From Pseudonocardiales bacterium (lineage in GTDB: Bacteria; Actinomycetota; Actinomycetes; Mycobacteriales; Pseudonocardiaceae), in the NCBI GenBank assembly GCA_019243635.1, contig JAFAUB010000049.1, positions 2,722 to 66,721 of the forward strand: 64,000 bases of DNA, given 5' to 3'. The notes beneath the pieces were generated by a model. That model did not search any database, had not been told where the DNA came from, and saw only the letters and a program-made list of their open reading frames with translations. Made by a program: the position numbers and the translations under genes. Shown here piece by piece: positions 9,573-17,821 of the stretch (its first letter is position 1; each line of letters opens with the position of its first letter).

Positions 9573-9627
9573 CGGTCAACTCCTGTCTGTCTGGGAAAAC
9601 ACCGGTTGGGCACGCGAACAATCTGTC

Positions 9628-10392
9628 TCACCACTGCCGCACCAGGCCAGCGGCCAGTCCGATCAGCACCGGCACGACGCCGATCGCGAGGAAGGCGGGC
9701 AAGAAGCACAGCCCCAGCGGGGCCGCAATAAGCACCCCGGCCCGCTGCGCTCGGGCTTCGGATCGCTCTCGGGCTCCCGCTCGCACCTCCGCGGCCAGCC
9801 TGACGAGCGATTCGGCGAGTGCGCTGCCGCTGCGACCGCTGCGTCGGGCGGCCTTCGCCAACCGCGCCGTCGCGGTGCATTCCAGGGCGGGCCGCCAGGC
9901 CTGCGTGGGGTCAGCGCCCAGGGCGAGCAGTTCCGCAGTCCGGCGCAGCGCGGGCCCGGCTGGCGCGTCGAGCCCCTCGGCGACCGCGCGCACCGCCACC
10001 GGGACGGGCATCCCGGCCCGCAGGCAGGCCGCGAGCAGCTCCCACGCCCCGGCCAGTGCCAGCGACTCGACGCCGGTGCCGGTGCCGGTGCCGCGTCGTG
10101 CCCACCGAGTGACCCCACGCTGAGTGATCCCGCGCCCAATCACCCAGCGCCCAATCACCCAGCGCCCAATCACCCAGCGCCCAATCACCCAGCGCCCAAT
10201 CACCCAGCGCCCAATCACCCCGCGCCCACTCACCCAGCGGGTGCCCGAGGGTGAGTCTGTGGTTGGGTCTGCACGGGCAGCCGGGACCGGCCGGGGTAAC
10301 CTCGACCGCAACCTTGATCGGGGCACCGCCGGACCGGGCGCCATCACCAGCGCCCCCGCCACCAGCAGCATCGCCAACAGTTGCGCTGTCAT
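9628..10392 (-). CDS. type II secretion system F-domain protein (TadC-like, Rv3657c-like) carrying a (GRWVI)n repeat
   Basis: The C-terminal half resembles T2SSF/TadC (two TM segments, LPAFLAIGVVPVLIGL). Start at MTAQLL overlaps the TadB-like stop (ATGA). The N-terminal linker holds six GRWVI pentapeptides. Confidence 0.65.
   Translation of the reverse strand: MTAQLLAMLLVAGALVMAPGPAVPRSRLRSRLPRPVPAARADPTTDSPSGTRWVSGRGVIGRWVIGRWVIGRWVIGRWVIGRWVIGRGITQRGVTRWARRGTGTGTGVESLALAGAWELLAACLRAGMPVPVAVRAVAEGLDAPAGPALRRTAELLALGADPTQAWRPALECTATARLAKAARRSGRSGSALAESLVRLAAEVRAGARERSEARAQRAGVLIAAPLGLCFLPAFLAIGVVPVLIGLAAGLVRQW
10126..10245. repeat. 15-bp tandem repeat: 5 perfect and about 3 degenerate copies
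   Basis: cacccagcgcccaat is repeated perfectly at 10141, 10156, 10171, 10186 and 10201, flanked by degenerate copies (gatcccgcgcccaat, caccccgcgcccact, cacccagcgggtgcc). In frame within the TadC-like CDS. Confidence 0.95.
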
Positions 10393-11243
10393 GCCGGCAC
10401 CGCCCCGGACACCAGCCGCGCGCTCCACTGCACGCCGACGCAGACCGCAGCTGTGCCGATCACCAGAAGAACCTGGCCCACCGGGGTCTCACACAGCACG
10501 TGCAACGGAGCGGCACCCAACGCGTGGCCCAGCGCCAGCCCGAGTAGCGGCAGCCCGGCCAGCACCGATGCGGTCGCTCGGGGACCGGCGAGCCGTGCCT
10601 GCACCTCGGCGGCGAAGCGCACCCGATGCTCGGTATCGGAACGGACCGCCTCACACAGGTCCGCGAGCGGAATCCCGTAGTGGTCGGCCAGCGACCATGC
10701 ATCGGCAAGCCGGCCCAACCACGAGCGCAACGATGCGGGACCCGCGCTGCGCAGCACCGCCGGGACGTCGCCACCGAGGGCGGCCGCAGCGGCCGCCGCG
10801 GACAGTGCCCGGAAGACGTCGGTGGGCACGTTGGGGGACACTTCGGTGGGACTGTCGGCGTGGGTGTCGGCGGCCGCCCTGACCGCGTCGCCGGGATGTG
10901 CCCCGGCGCGCAGTTCCGCCACCAGTACCCCGAGTGCATCGGATAACCCAGTGGCTGCCGTGGCTGTGGCCCGGCGGTCCCGGCCGGCCCGCCAGCGCGC
11001 GGTGGCGGTGCCGGTCACCATGGCGGCGGCGAGCGAGCCACCGGGGCCGGCCAGCAGCGCACCGATCCCCGCAGCCAGGGCCAGCGGCAGCAGACCGCAA
11101 CGCCGCGCGGTCCAACTTCTTCCGGCAGCGGCCATCTGGGTTCGCAGCCCTCGGCGGCGCAGCTCGGTGAGTCGGCTGCGGCCCACCTCGGCAGGCCAGC
11201 ACAGCGCCCCGGCCGCCAGCGTGGCTACCGCGAGGCTCAGCAC
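10389..11243 (-). CDS. type II secretion system F-domain protein (TadB-like, Rv3658c-like)
   Basis: 284-aa membrane protein with an N-terminal TM, a central soluble region and C-terminal TMs. Position and size match TadB of the actinobacterial helicase/secretion neighbourhood. Confidence 0.65.
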   Translation of the reverse strand: MLSLAVATLAAGALCWPAEVGRSRLTELRRRGLRTQMAAAGRSWTARRCGLLPLALAAGIGALLAGPGGSLAAAMVTGTATARWRAGRDRRATATAATGLSDALGVLVAELRAGAHPGDAVRAAADTHADSPTEVSPNVPTDVFRALSAAAAAAALGGDVPAVLRSAGPASLRSWLGRLADAWSLADHYGIPLADLCEAVRSDTEHRVRFAAEVQARLAGPRATASVLAGLPLLGLALGHALGAAPLHVLCETPVGQVLLVIGTAAVCVGVQWSARLVSGAVPA

Positions 11244-12454
11244 GCCACACCCCCGCCTTGGCCGTCGGCCGAGCCGACGAGATGCGCGCCGTAGAGCAGA
11301 TCGTGCAGGCGCCGCCGCCCCGGTCCCCAGCGCCCGTCCTGCCAGGCGGGGAGCACGCGAACCAGGTCGTCATCGCGCTCCAGCACACCGACGGCGGCCA
11401 GTCTTCGCGCCCCGTCGCGTCGCACCACGTGCAGCACCACGTGCACGGCGGCGGCGAGCTGGCTGTGCAATGCGTGGCGCGCCATGCCGCCCAGCGCGGC
11501 CAGCGCTTCCAGCCGAGCGGGCACCTCGGCGGGGGAGTTCGCGTGCAGGGTTCCGGCACCCCCCTGGTGCCCGGTGTTGAGTGCGGCGAGCAGCTCACAC
11601 ACCTCCGCCCCGCGCACCTCCCCGACCACCAGGCGGTCCGGCCGCATCCGCAGCGCCTGGCGCACCAGGTCGCGCAGCGTCACCTCACCAGCTCCCTCGA
11701 CGTTGGGCTGCCGGGCGGTCAACCGGACGACATGCGGGTGCCCCGGCGCGAGTTCGGGCGCTTCCTCCACGCACACGATCCGCTCGCCGGCGGGTACGCA
11801 ACCCAGCAACGCGGCGAGCAACGTGGTCTTTCCACTACCCGTGCCGCCGACGACGAGGAAGGCCAGCCGCGCGGCGACGATGGCCCGCAGCAGTCCACCA
11901 GCCTCGGGCGACACGCTGCCCACCTCCTGCAGCGCATCCAGCCCGTGGGTGGTCGGACGCAGTACGCGCAGCGAGATGCAGGTGCAGCCGGTGGCGACCG
12001 GCGCCAGCACGGCGTGCAGCCTGACTCCGCCGGGCAGCGGAGCATCGACGTAGGGCGAGGCGTCGTCCAGTCGGCGCCCCGCGGCCAGTGCCAACCGCTG
12101 GGCCAGCCTGCGCACCGCATCGGTGTCGGCGAAGCGCACCTCGGTGCGACGCAGCTCCCCGGCCTGCTCGACCCATACCTCCTCGGGCGCGTTGACCAGC
12201 ACGTCGGTGGTGTCCGGATCGGCCAGCAGCGGTTCCAGCGGGCCGGCTCCGACGAGCTCTTGCTGAAGCTCGCGCAGTGCCGAGAGCACCTGCAGATCGG
12301 CCAGCACACCATCGGACTCGGCCCGCACCGCGGCCGCTACCGCGCTCGGAGTGACGGCGGCGCCGGCGGCGGCCAGCCGGTGCCGCACCCGGTCGACCAG
12401 CTGTCCTGAGAGCATCGGGGCCGCACCGGTGCCGGTCTGGTGCTCGGGCGTCAT
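11237..12454 (-). CDS. TadA/CpaF-family secretion ATPase (helicase/secretion-neighbourhood ATPase, Rv3659c-like)
   Basis: Walker A GGTGSGKTTLLAAL, Asp/His boxes, RMRPDRLVVGEVRGAEV, LNTGHQGGAGTLHANS. Start at MTPEHQ overlaps the CpaE-like stop. The 691-aa track ORF is an upstream out-of-frame extension. Confidence 0.9.
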   Translation of the reverse strand: MTPEHQTGTGAAPMLSGQLVDRVRHRLAAAGAAVTPSAVAAAVRAESDGVLADLQVLSALRELQQELVGAGPLEPLLADPDTTDVLVNAPEEVWVEQAGELRRTEVRFADTDAVRRLAQRLALAAGRRLDDASPYVDAPLPGGVRLHAVLAPVATGCTCISLRVLRPTTHGLDALQEVGSVSPEAGGLLRAIVAARLAFLVVGGTGSGKTTLLAALLGCVPAGERIVCVEEAPELAPGHPHVVRLTARQPNVEGAGEVTLRDLVRQALRMRPDRLVVGEVRGAEVCELLAALNTGHQGGAGTLHANSPAEVPARLEALAALGGMARHALHSQLAAAVHVVLHVVRRDGARRLAAVGVLERDDDLVRVLPAWQDGRWGPGRRRLHDLLYGAHLVGSADGQGGGVAC

Positions 12455-13626
12455 CACGCCGCCCCGCCCCGCGACCGGCCGGAGCCGTCGAGGACCGCCA
12501 GCACCTGGCGGGCGGCGGTGGCCAGCGGTCCCCGGGAGCGGCCCGGCACCGCACCGCGATCCAGTGCACCGGCCAACCCGGGCTGCGGCCGCATGGCGGC
12601 GAGCAGGGGAAGGTCCAGGGCCCGGCTGACGTCGCTGGGAGTGATCCCACCCGGTGCCGGTCCCCGCACCACCAACTGCAGCGCAACCCCGTAGCGCAGC
12701 ACGCGCGCCGCCACCGTCGCCGCCGCCGCGCAGGCCCGCACCTCCGCCGGCACGACCAGCACCACCAGATCCGCGCTCTCCAACGCTGCGGTACCCGGCT
12801 CGCAGGGATGCCGGGGCACATCGCACACCACCGTCTCCCCGGCGCGGCGTCCGGCGCCGCACACCGTGCGCACCGCCACCCCGTCTGGTTCTGGCCCGTC
12901 CCGGCCGTAGTCCGATCGACCGTAGGACAACACCGTGAGCCCGCCCCGGCTGCCCAGGTGTGGCGTGGGCAGTGCCGCGTGCAGTGCCGAGGCCGGCACG
13001 CGGCCGCCGCCCAGGGCGAGCCCGGACCAGCGCAGCCCGTCCGTGTTCTCGGCGCCCAGCGCGAGGTCCAGGCCGCCGCCCAGCGCGTCGCAGTCGACCA
13101 GCATGGCGTGGCGTCCTGACTCGGCCACCGCCACCGCGACGGCGGTCGCGAACACCGACGCCCCGGAGCCACCGCGCCCGCCGAGCACCGCCAGCACTCG
13201 TCCCGGGTCGGCCGGCGCCTGGCTCGCGTCGGCCAACGCGCCCACCAGCCAGGTTTCCGCATCCGGCAGCACGGCTACGTGCTGGGCACCCACCGCGACC
13301 GCGCACCGCCAAGTGTTCGGATCACCGTCCGCAGAGACGATCACTACTCCGTCTCTGCGAGGTAGGCCGGCGCCGGCGTTAGCCGTGGCCGCTTCGATGT
13401 CCAGCAGGAGCAGCGGGGCGTGGTTCCACTGTTCCCGAACCGCCCCGAGGTCGGTGACCCGGTGCGGATCGCACCCCGCCGCCGCCGCGAGCCGGGCGAC
13501 CTCGTCGGCCAGCCCACCCGGTGTCATGATCATTACTGGACGTCGGGTGGTTGGGTGTCCACCGCTTGTACCCACTGTCGCCCCCGCGGCTCCCGGCCCC
13601 GTGCTGCCCGGGGCGTTCGGTGTCAC
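12454..13626 (-). CDS. CpaE/Ssd-like ParA-family protein (helicase/secretion-neighbourhood CpaE-like, Rv3660c-like)
   Basis: N-terminal receiver-like domain plus a deviant Walker A region (VLAVLGGRGGSGASVFA). Gene order matches the family. The start may be internal (MIMTPGG). Confidence 0.75.
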   Translation of the reverse strand: MTPNAPGSTGPGAAGATVGTSGGHPTTRRPVMIMTPGGLADEVARLAAAAGCDPHRVTDLGAVREQWNHAPLLLLDIEAATANAGAGLPRRDGVVIVSADGDPNTWRCAVAVGAQHVAVLPDAETWLVGALADASQAPADPGRVLAVLGGRGGSGASVFATAVAVAVAESGRHAMLVDCDALGGGLDLALGAENTDGLRWSGLALGGGRVPASALHAALPTPHLGSRGGLTVLSYGRSDYGRDGPEPDGVAVRTVCGAGRRAGETVVCDVPRHPCEPGTAALESADLVVLVVPAEVRACAAAATVAARVLRYGVALQLVVRGPAPGGITPSDVSRALDLPLLAAMRPQPGLAGALDRGAVPGRSRGPLATAARQVLAVLDGSGRSRGGAA

Positions 13627-14001
13627 TGTCAGCTAGCCGGGGCCGGCCGGGCCAGCACCTTATGATCAACATGTGGACAGCGGGGATGATGTGGATGGCC
13701 GTGTGCGGGCGGATGGCGCAGCCGGCTTGAATCGTGTAAAGCGGGCTGAATGGCGCAGCGATGAGGAGTTCGGACCCGGGACGACCCCCGCCAGGAGACG
13801 GGGGTCGCCAGAGAATGTCAGCCCAGGGGGGTCGGGTTGACATTCCTCCGGCTTCACCAACCGGATGAGCAAGCATACCCCCCGGCCCCACTCCAGGGGC
13901 GGCGACCGCCGGTCGTGGTCGGTGTCGTTGCCGGAATCTCGTGCGTCGATCGGCCGGCACGTCGAACCATGGGGCTCGTCCGACCACGGGCGTTGCCTCC
14001 T

Positions 14002-14820
14002 ATGCTGCGCGCCGTGAGCTCTTCTGGCCCGGGCTCCTCGGGCGTCGCGGCATTCTTCGACTTGGACAAGACCATCATCGCGAAGTCCAGTGCGTTCATG
14101 TTCTCCCGAGCGTTCTTCCACGAAGGTTTGATCAACCGGCGGGCGGTGCTCAAGAGCAATTACGCCCAGTTCATGTACCTGCTGGCCGGGGCCGACGCCG
14201 AGCAGATGGAGCGGATGCGCGCGCACATCACCGCCCAGTGCGCCGGTTGGGACGTCGCCCAGGTGACGTCGATCGTCGAGGAGACCCTGCACGACGTGGT
14301 GGACCCGCTGGTCTACGCCGAGGCGACCGAGCTGATCGCCGCGCACCGCCGGCGTGGCGAGGACATCGTCGTGGTGTCGGCCTCGGGAGCGGAGGTGGTG
14401 CAGCCGATCGCCAAGATGATCGGCGCGACGCATACTCTGGCCACCCGCATGGTGACTCACGATGGTCGGTACACCGGCGGGGTGGAGTTCTACTGCGCTG
14501 GAGAGAACAAGGCACTCGCCGCGCGGCAGCTAGCCGAGAAGCAGGGTTACGACCTGCAACGCTGTCACGCCTACTCTGACTCGATCACGGATCTGCCGCT
14601 GCTGGAGACGGTCGGCCACCCGACGGCGGTGAACCCGGACCGGGGGCTGCGCCGGGAGGCGCTCCAGCGGGGCTGGCCGGTGCTCGCGTTCTCCAACCCG
14701 GTGTCGTTGCGGACCCGGATCCCGGCGCCCTCCGGCGCCCAGATCGCTGCGGCCGTGGGGTTGGGAGCGGTGGCCGCAGCCGGCGTTGCATGGTACGGAC
14801 TGCGGCGGCGGCAGCGGTGA
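14002..14820 (+). CDS. HAD-IB family hydrolase (SerB-like, Rv3661-like) with a C-terminal TM anchor
   Basis: HAD motif I FFDLDKTII, motif II VVVSAS, motif IV AYSDSITDLPLL. Start chosen at MLRAV; 13969 is an alternative. Confidence 0.8.
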   Translation: MLRAVSSSGPGSSGVAAFFDLDKTIIAKSSAFMFSRAFFHEGLINRRAVLKSNYAQFMYLLAGADAEQMERMRAHITAQCAGWDVAQVTSIVEETLHDVVDPLVYAEATELIAAHRRRGEDIVVVSASGAEVVQPIAKMIGATHTLATRMVTHDGRYTGGVEFYCAGENKALAARQLAEKQGYDLQRCHAYSDSITDLPLLETVGHPTAVNPDRGLRREALQRGWPVLAFSNPVSLRTRIPAPSGAQIAAAVGLGAVAAAGVAWYGLRRRQR

Positions 14821-14879
14821 GCCGACTCGGCTCAACGGGTCTTCGCCTACCTCCAACGGGTGGTCCTTGCTGGAGGTTT

Positions 14880-15200
14880 GTGCGAAGAGTAGTCGCAGTG
14901 GTGTCCTGATCGGGCCTCTTGCTGTGCCCGCGGTCACGGAGTAGACATGACGGCACGGACCTTTAGCAGGCCAGGGGCGGTGCGGCAGAGAAGTACCGTC
15001 CACCCCAGCTAGGGCTCCGTGCACGGACGCCGGGCACCCCACGCGCAGCACGCCGCGGGAGGCTTGTCGTCAAGGGTCTGCGTGCCGGGTCCTCTGGGGA
15101 CACGGGCGCCGAGACGCCGTTGGGTGCGACACGAGTTGCACGCTTGGTACCCCGGCGGTCCGTGCGGACTGCGGCGCTGCTGGAGGCCTTCTGATGGGTT
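14880..15200 (+). ncRNA. candidate Ms1/MTS2823-like (6S-type) small RNA; boundaries approximate
   Basis: 396-nt gene-free, highly self-complementary spacer between the Rv3661-like and Rv3662c-like genes, which is where MTS2823/Ms1 lies in mycobacteria. Long-range pairing of cggcacggacc (14951) with ggtccgtgcgg (15157), plus several local hairpins. Synteny and structure only. Confidence 0.3.
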
Positions 15201-15216
15201 TCCGGTAGCGCCGCCG

Positions 15217-15945
15217 TCACTCTCCCCCCGCCGCCGCGTCGGCGATCGCGAGGGCTTCCCGCGCTCCTGCGGTCAGCGCGGTGCAGCAGTGCAGGATCCA
15301 CCTTCCTACCCCCGCCGCGCCACCGCTTGCGAAGCCGGCCGCGGCCGCCCGGTACTCCCGCTCACGGCGCAGATGAGCGACCTCCGGCACGACCAGTCCC
15401 TTGGCGTCCAGCCCGCTGGACACGACGGTGAGCCGGGCTGCGGCTCTGGCGACCACGCCGTTGCCCCGCGCGAACGGTGCCAGCGCCAGCAGCTCGCCGT
15501 GCACCACCGCGACGAGCACCGGTGCCGCGACCCGACTACCTTCGGTGACCAGTTGGGCCAGCTGGTCGAGCCGGGCGGTGATGTCGAGCGACGGGTCCGG
15601 CCGTCCCAGCTGCGGCTCAGCTGCCAGGTCGGCTGCGGCGAGCACGTGCAACCGGGCCAGGGTCTGCAGCGGAGCCCGCCGCCAGGTGCCCAGCATCCCC
15701 CCCAGCGCCTGCGCCACCCGCAGCGCGCCGGCCAGCACCGGGTCGCGCACCGACCCGTCGCCGGCCACTGTGGTGCTACCACCGTCCAGCGCGGCCGAAG
15801 CCCGGGCCGCGCGCACCGCCGCCTCGGCTGCGGTGGCCGGCCAGCGGCGCTGGTTAGCCGGGTGCCGGTGTACCGCGCTCACCGCGTCGCGGACCCGCGC
15901 GACGGCTTCCCCCACGCCGGGCAGGTCCATCAGCGGAGCTGACAT
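15217..15945 (-). CDS. Fic-domain-like protein with a degenerate active-site motif (Rv3662c-like)
   Basis: 242 aa. APFARGNGVVARAAA aligns to the Fic motif HPFx[DE]GNGRxxR but lacks the His and the Arg. Start chosen at MSAPLMDLPG. Confidence 0.4.
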   Translation of the reverse strand: MSAPLMDLPGVGEAVARVRDAVSAVHRHPANQRRWPATAAEAAVRAARASAALDGGSTTVAGDGSVRDPVLAGALRVAQALGGMLGTWRRAPLQTLARLHVLAAADLAAEPQLGRPDPSLDITARLDQLAQLVTEGSRVAAPVLVAVVHGELLALAPFARGNGVVARAAARLTVVSSGLDAKGLVVPEVAHLRREREYRAAAAGFASGGAAGVGRWILHCCTALTAGAREALAIADAAAGGE

Positions 15946-16909
15946 GTCTTCGGGCACCCCGGCGACCCTAGTCCGCCGGCCGCATCCCGCAACGGCCTTC
16001 GACTCACCACGTCGCACCGAGGACTCGTGGTCTCACGTCTATCCTATACGTTCCGCTTCGCGCCTATCGGAGGTACCCGGGAATATGGTGGCCGGCTCGT
16101 GGTGGCTGCCTGAGGCAGCGATGCGGGCGTGATCGGGCATGATCGCGGCCGACGGTTCGGATGGTGGAGAGCCGGTGGTCGGTCACGAGGATTGAAACAG
16201 GGCTCTCCAGCTCGATTCCGGAGGCCTGAGCCTATGCGATGTCAAGGGTAGGCGAAACGATACTCGGGTCTCAGTCCGTTCGCAGCCCCAAAATGAACAC
16301 CAGAAGATCAACCAGTGAGTCCGAAGATCAATTCTCACTGTTGCTTGAGGGGTTCGCGTCTGGGCGGGCGCCGACCACGGTTGGGTCTGGCGGCTCTTCG
16401 CCAATGCAACGATTGCACTCGAAATCGTGCGTCAGTGTATCGTACCCGGGTACTGGACCCTCTTTGGAGTGTCATCGCTGAGGGGATAGTGCGGGCGCGA
16501 CGGGGGTTGTGGTCTTTGTGATCGTCTTTCAGGTCGTTTTCGGCGTGTTCGGTCGAGTTTCACCCGTAACCGGGGTTGGGGTGGAGTCATCCCTTTCGTC
16601 CCATGGTGGCGGGCATGAAGCGGCGCGGTCGCAGCGGGACGGGGGCGGTCACGAGAGCGACTACGCCACCGGCGACGCCCGGACTGGTGCGTTGGCGGGC
16701 CTCGGTCGCGGCATAGCCGGATCCGAAGTCGGCTGCGGCCGGACCTGGGCGCTGGACGTGGTCGAGCGTTCCGATGTCGGTTGTTGTGAGGCTCGTTCGT
16801 CCGAGAAAGAGTGCGCTCCCGAGTGGTCGGTTCCTTGGTTCGGACAGTGGAAAGATTCGCGAGGATTGGGTTGTGTCAGCGCTTTCGTTCGTTGTTGAAG
16901 GGGTAATCC

Positions 16910-17665
16910 GTGCGCTTCCAAATATTAGGCCCTGTCGAGATGCTTGGAGCTAATGGAATCGTCGCTATACGGGGGGCGCGCCAGCGGACGTTGCTGGCCC
17001 TCCTTCTCGTCAACGCCGCAGAGACGATGACCAAAGATCAGCTTTGTGATGGGCTCTGGGGGGACAATGTACCGATCAACGTCGATAACGCGTTACAGGC
17101 CTCGGTCATGAGGTTGCGGGGAACCCTCAAGGAGAATTTCGGTGAGCAGGACGTCGCGTGTCGACTGCTCACCAGGCCGACGGGGTACTGTTTCGACGTC
17201 GACAAGTGCGAGGTTGACGCGCATGTCTTCGAGAGCTTGGTGAACAAGGCGCAGGCCGAGATGCGGACCGACCAAGCGTACGCACTGTCTCTGCTTGAGC
17301 GTGCGCTGGCGCTGTGGAAAGGTCCTCCGTTGCAGGGTGTCATCGATGGGGCGATCAGTCGGAGCGCCACGCTCCGACTGGAGGATCGCAGACTTTCCGC
17401 ACTCGAAGACCGCTTTCTGCTCGCTACCTCGCGCGGAGTGTCTTCAAGTGTGATCAGCGAGCTGAAGGCGGCGGCCCACATGCACCCGTGGCGGGAGCGT
17501 ATCATCGAACTGTTGATGATTTCGTTGTATCGAGTCGGGCGCCAGGTTGAGGCCGTGCAGGTGTACAACCAGGTACGTAACCAACTGGTGGAGGAGCTCG
17601 GCATGGAACCGTCTCCACTGCTCCAGGCAAGACTGCGCGCCATCCTCAAAGGGGCGCCTCAATGA
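16910..17665 (+). CDS. SARP-family transcriptional activator (OmpR-type winged helix plus BTAD)
   Basis: MRFQILGPVEM...RGARQRTLLALLLVN...LCDGLWGD... and the BTAD region (ALALWKGPPL, RLEDRRLSALEDR, ISLYRVGRQVEAVQVYNQVRNQLVEELGMEPSP). GC is lower than in neighbouring genes. Confidence 0.9.
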   Translation: MRFQILGPVEMLGANGIVAIRGARQRTLLALLLVNAAETMTKDQLCDGLWGDNVPINVDNALQASVMRLRGTLKENFGEQDVACRLLTRPTGYCFDVDKCEVDAHVFESLVNKAQAEMRTDQAYALSLLERALALWKGPPLQGVIDGAISRSATLRLEDRRLSALEDRFLLATSRGVSSSVISELKAAAHMHPWRERIIELLMISLYRVGRQVEAVQVYNQVRNQLVEELGMEPSPLLQARLRAILKGAPQ

Positions 17666-17821
17666 GACCTCGGTGCACGCATCCCATGACCCCCGCTCAG
17701 TTTCGTGCGCAGACACCGCCTCGAGGTCCGGGCGGGGCAGCTGCCACGTACTTGATGTCACTGTCCGTGAGATCTGGGACAGGACTGTCACAGTGTGCGG
17801 AGGTGCCACCTCCATCACTTC

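Noticed and set aside
10126-10245. The tandem 15-mers, and those at 36497-36556, as possible CRISPR arrays.
   Set aside because: The repeats are directly adjacent with no spacers, are far shorter than CRISPR repeats, lie inside CDSs, and no cas genes are present.
11237-13312. The 691-aa ORF suggesting a much longer secretion ATPase. Similar N-terminal extensions occur at 8965-9621, 17822-19123, 20517-24965, 31096-31902, 32133-33551 and 33374-34651.
   Set aside because: The upstream parts overlap the preceding gene in another frame and are Arg/Gly-rich. Internal starts give canonical family lengths and stop/start coupling with the upstream gene.
14850-14879. Hairpin cctcca-N15-tggagg followed by TTT, as an intrinsic terminator of the HAD gene.
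   Set aside because: The stem is only 6 bp with a 15-nt loop and a short T-tract. It could equally be part of the putative sRNA, so it is mentioned only within that finding.
16030-16900. Lower-GC 870-bp stretch upstream of the SARP gene, with small track ORFs (16183-16404, 16239-16481, 16509-16898).
   Set aside because: None has a recognisable motif, a good start context or coding-like composition. It is treated as non-coding promoter or boundary DNA. I did not find the heptameric direct repeats at 11-nt spacing expected for SARP boxes.
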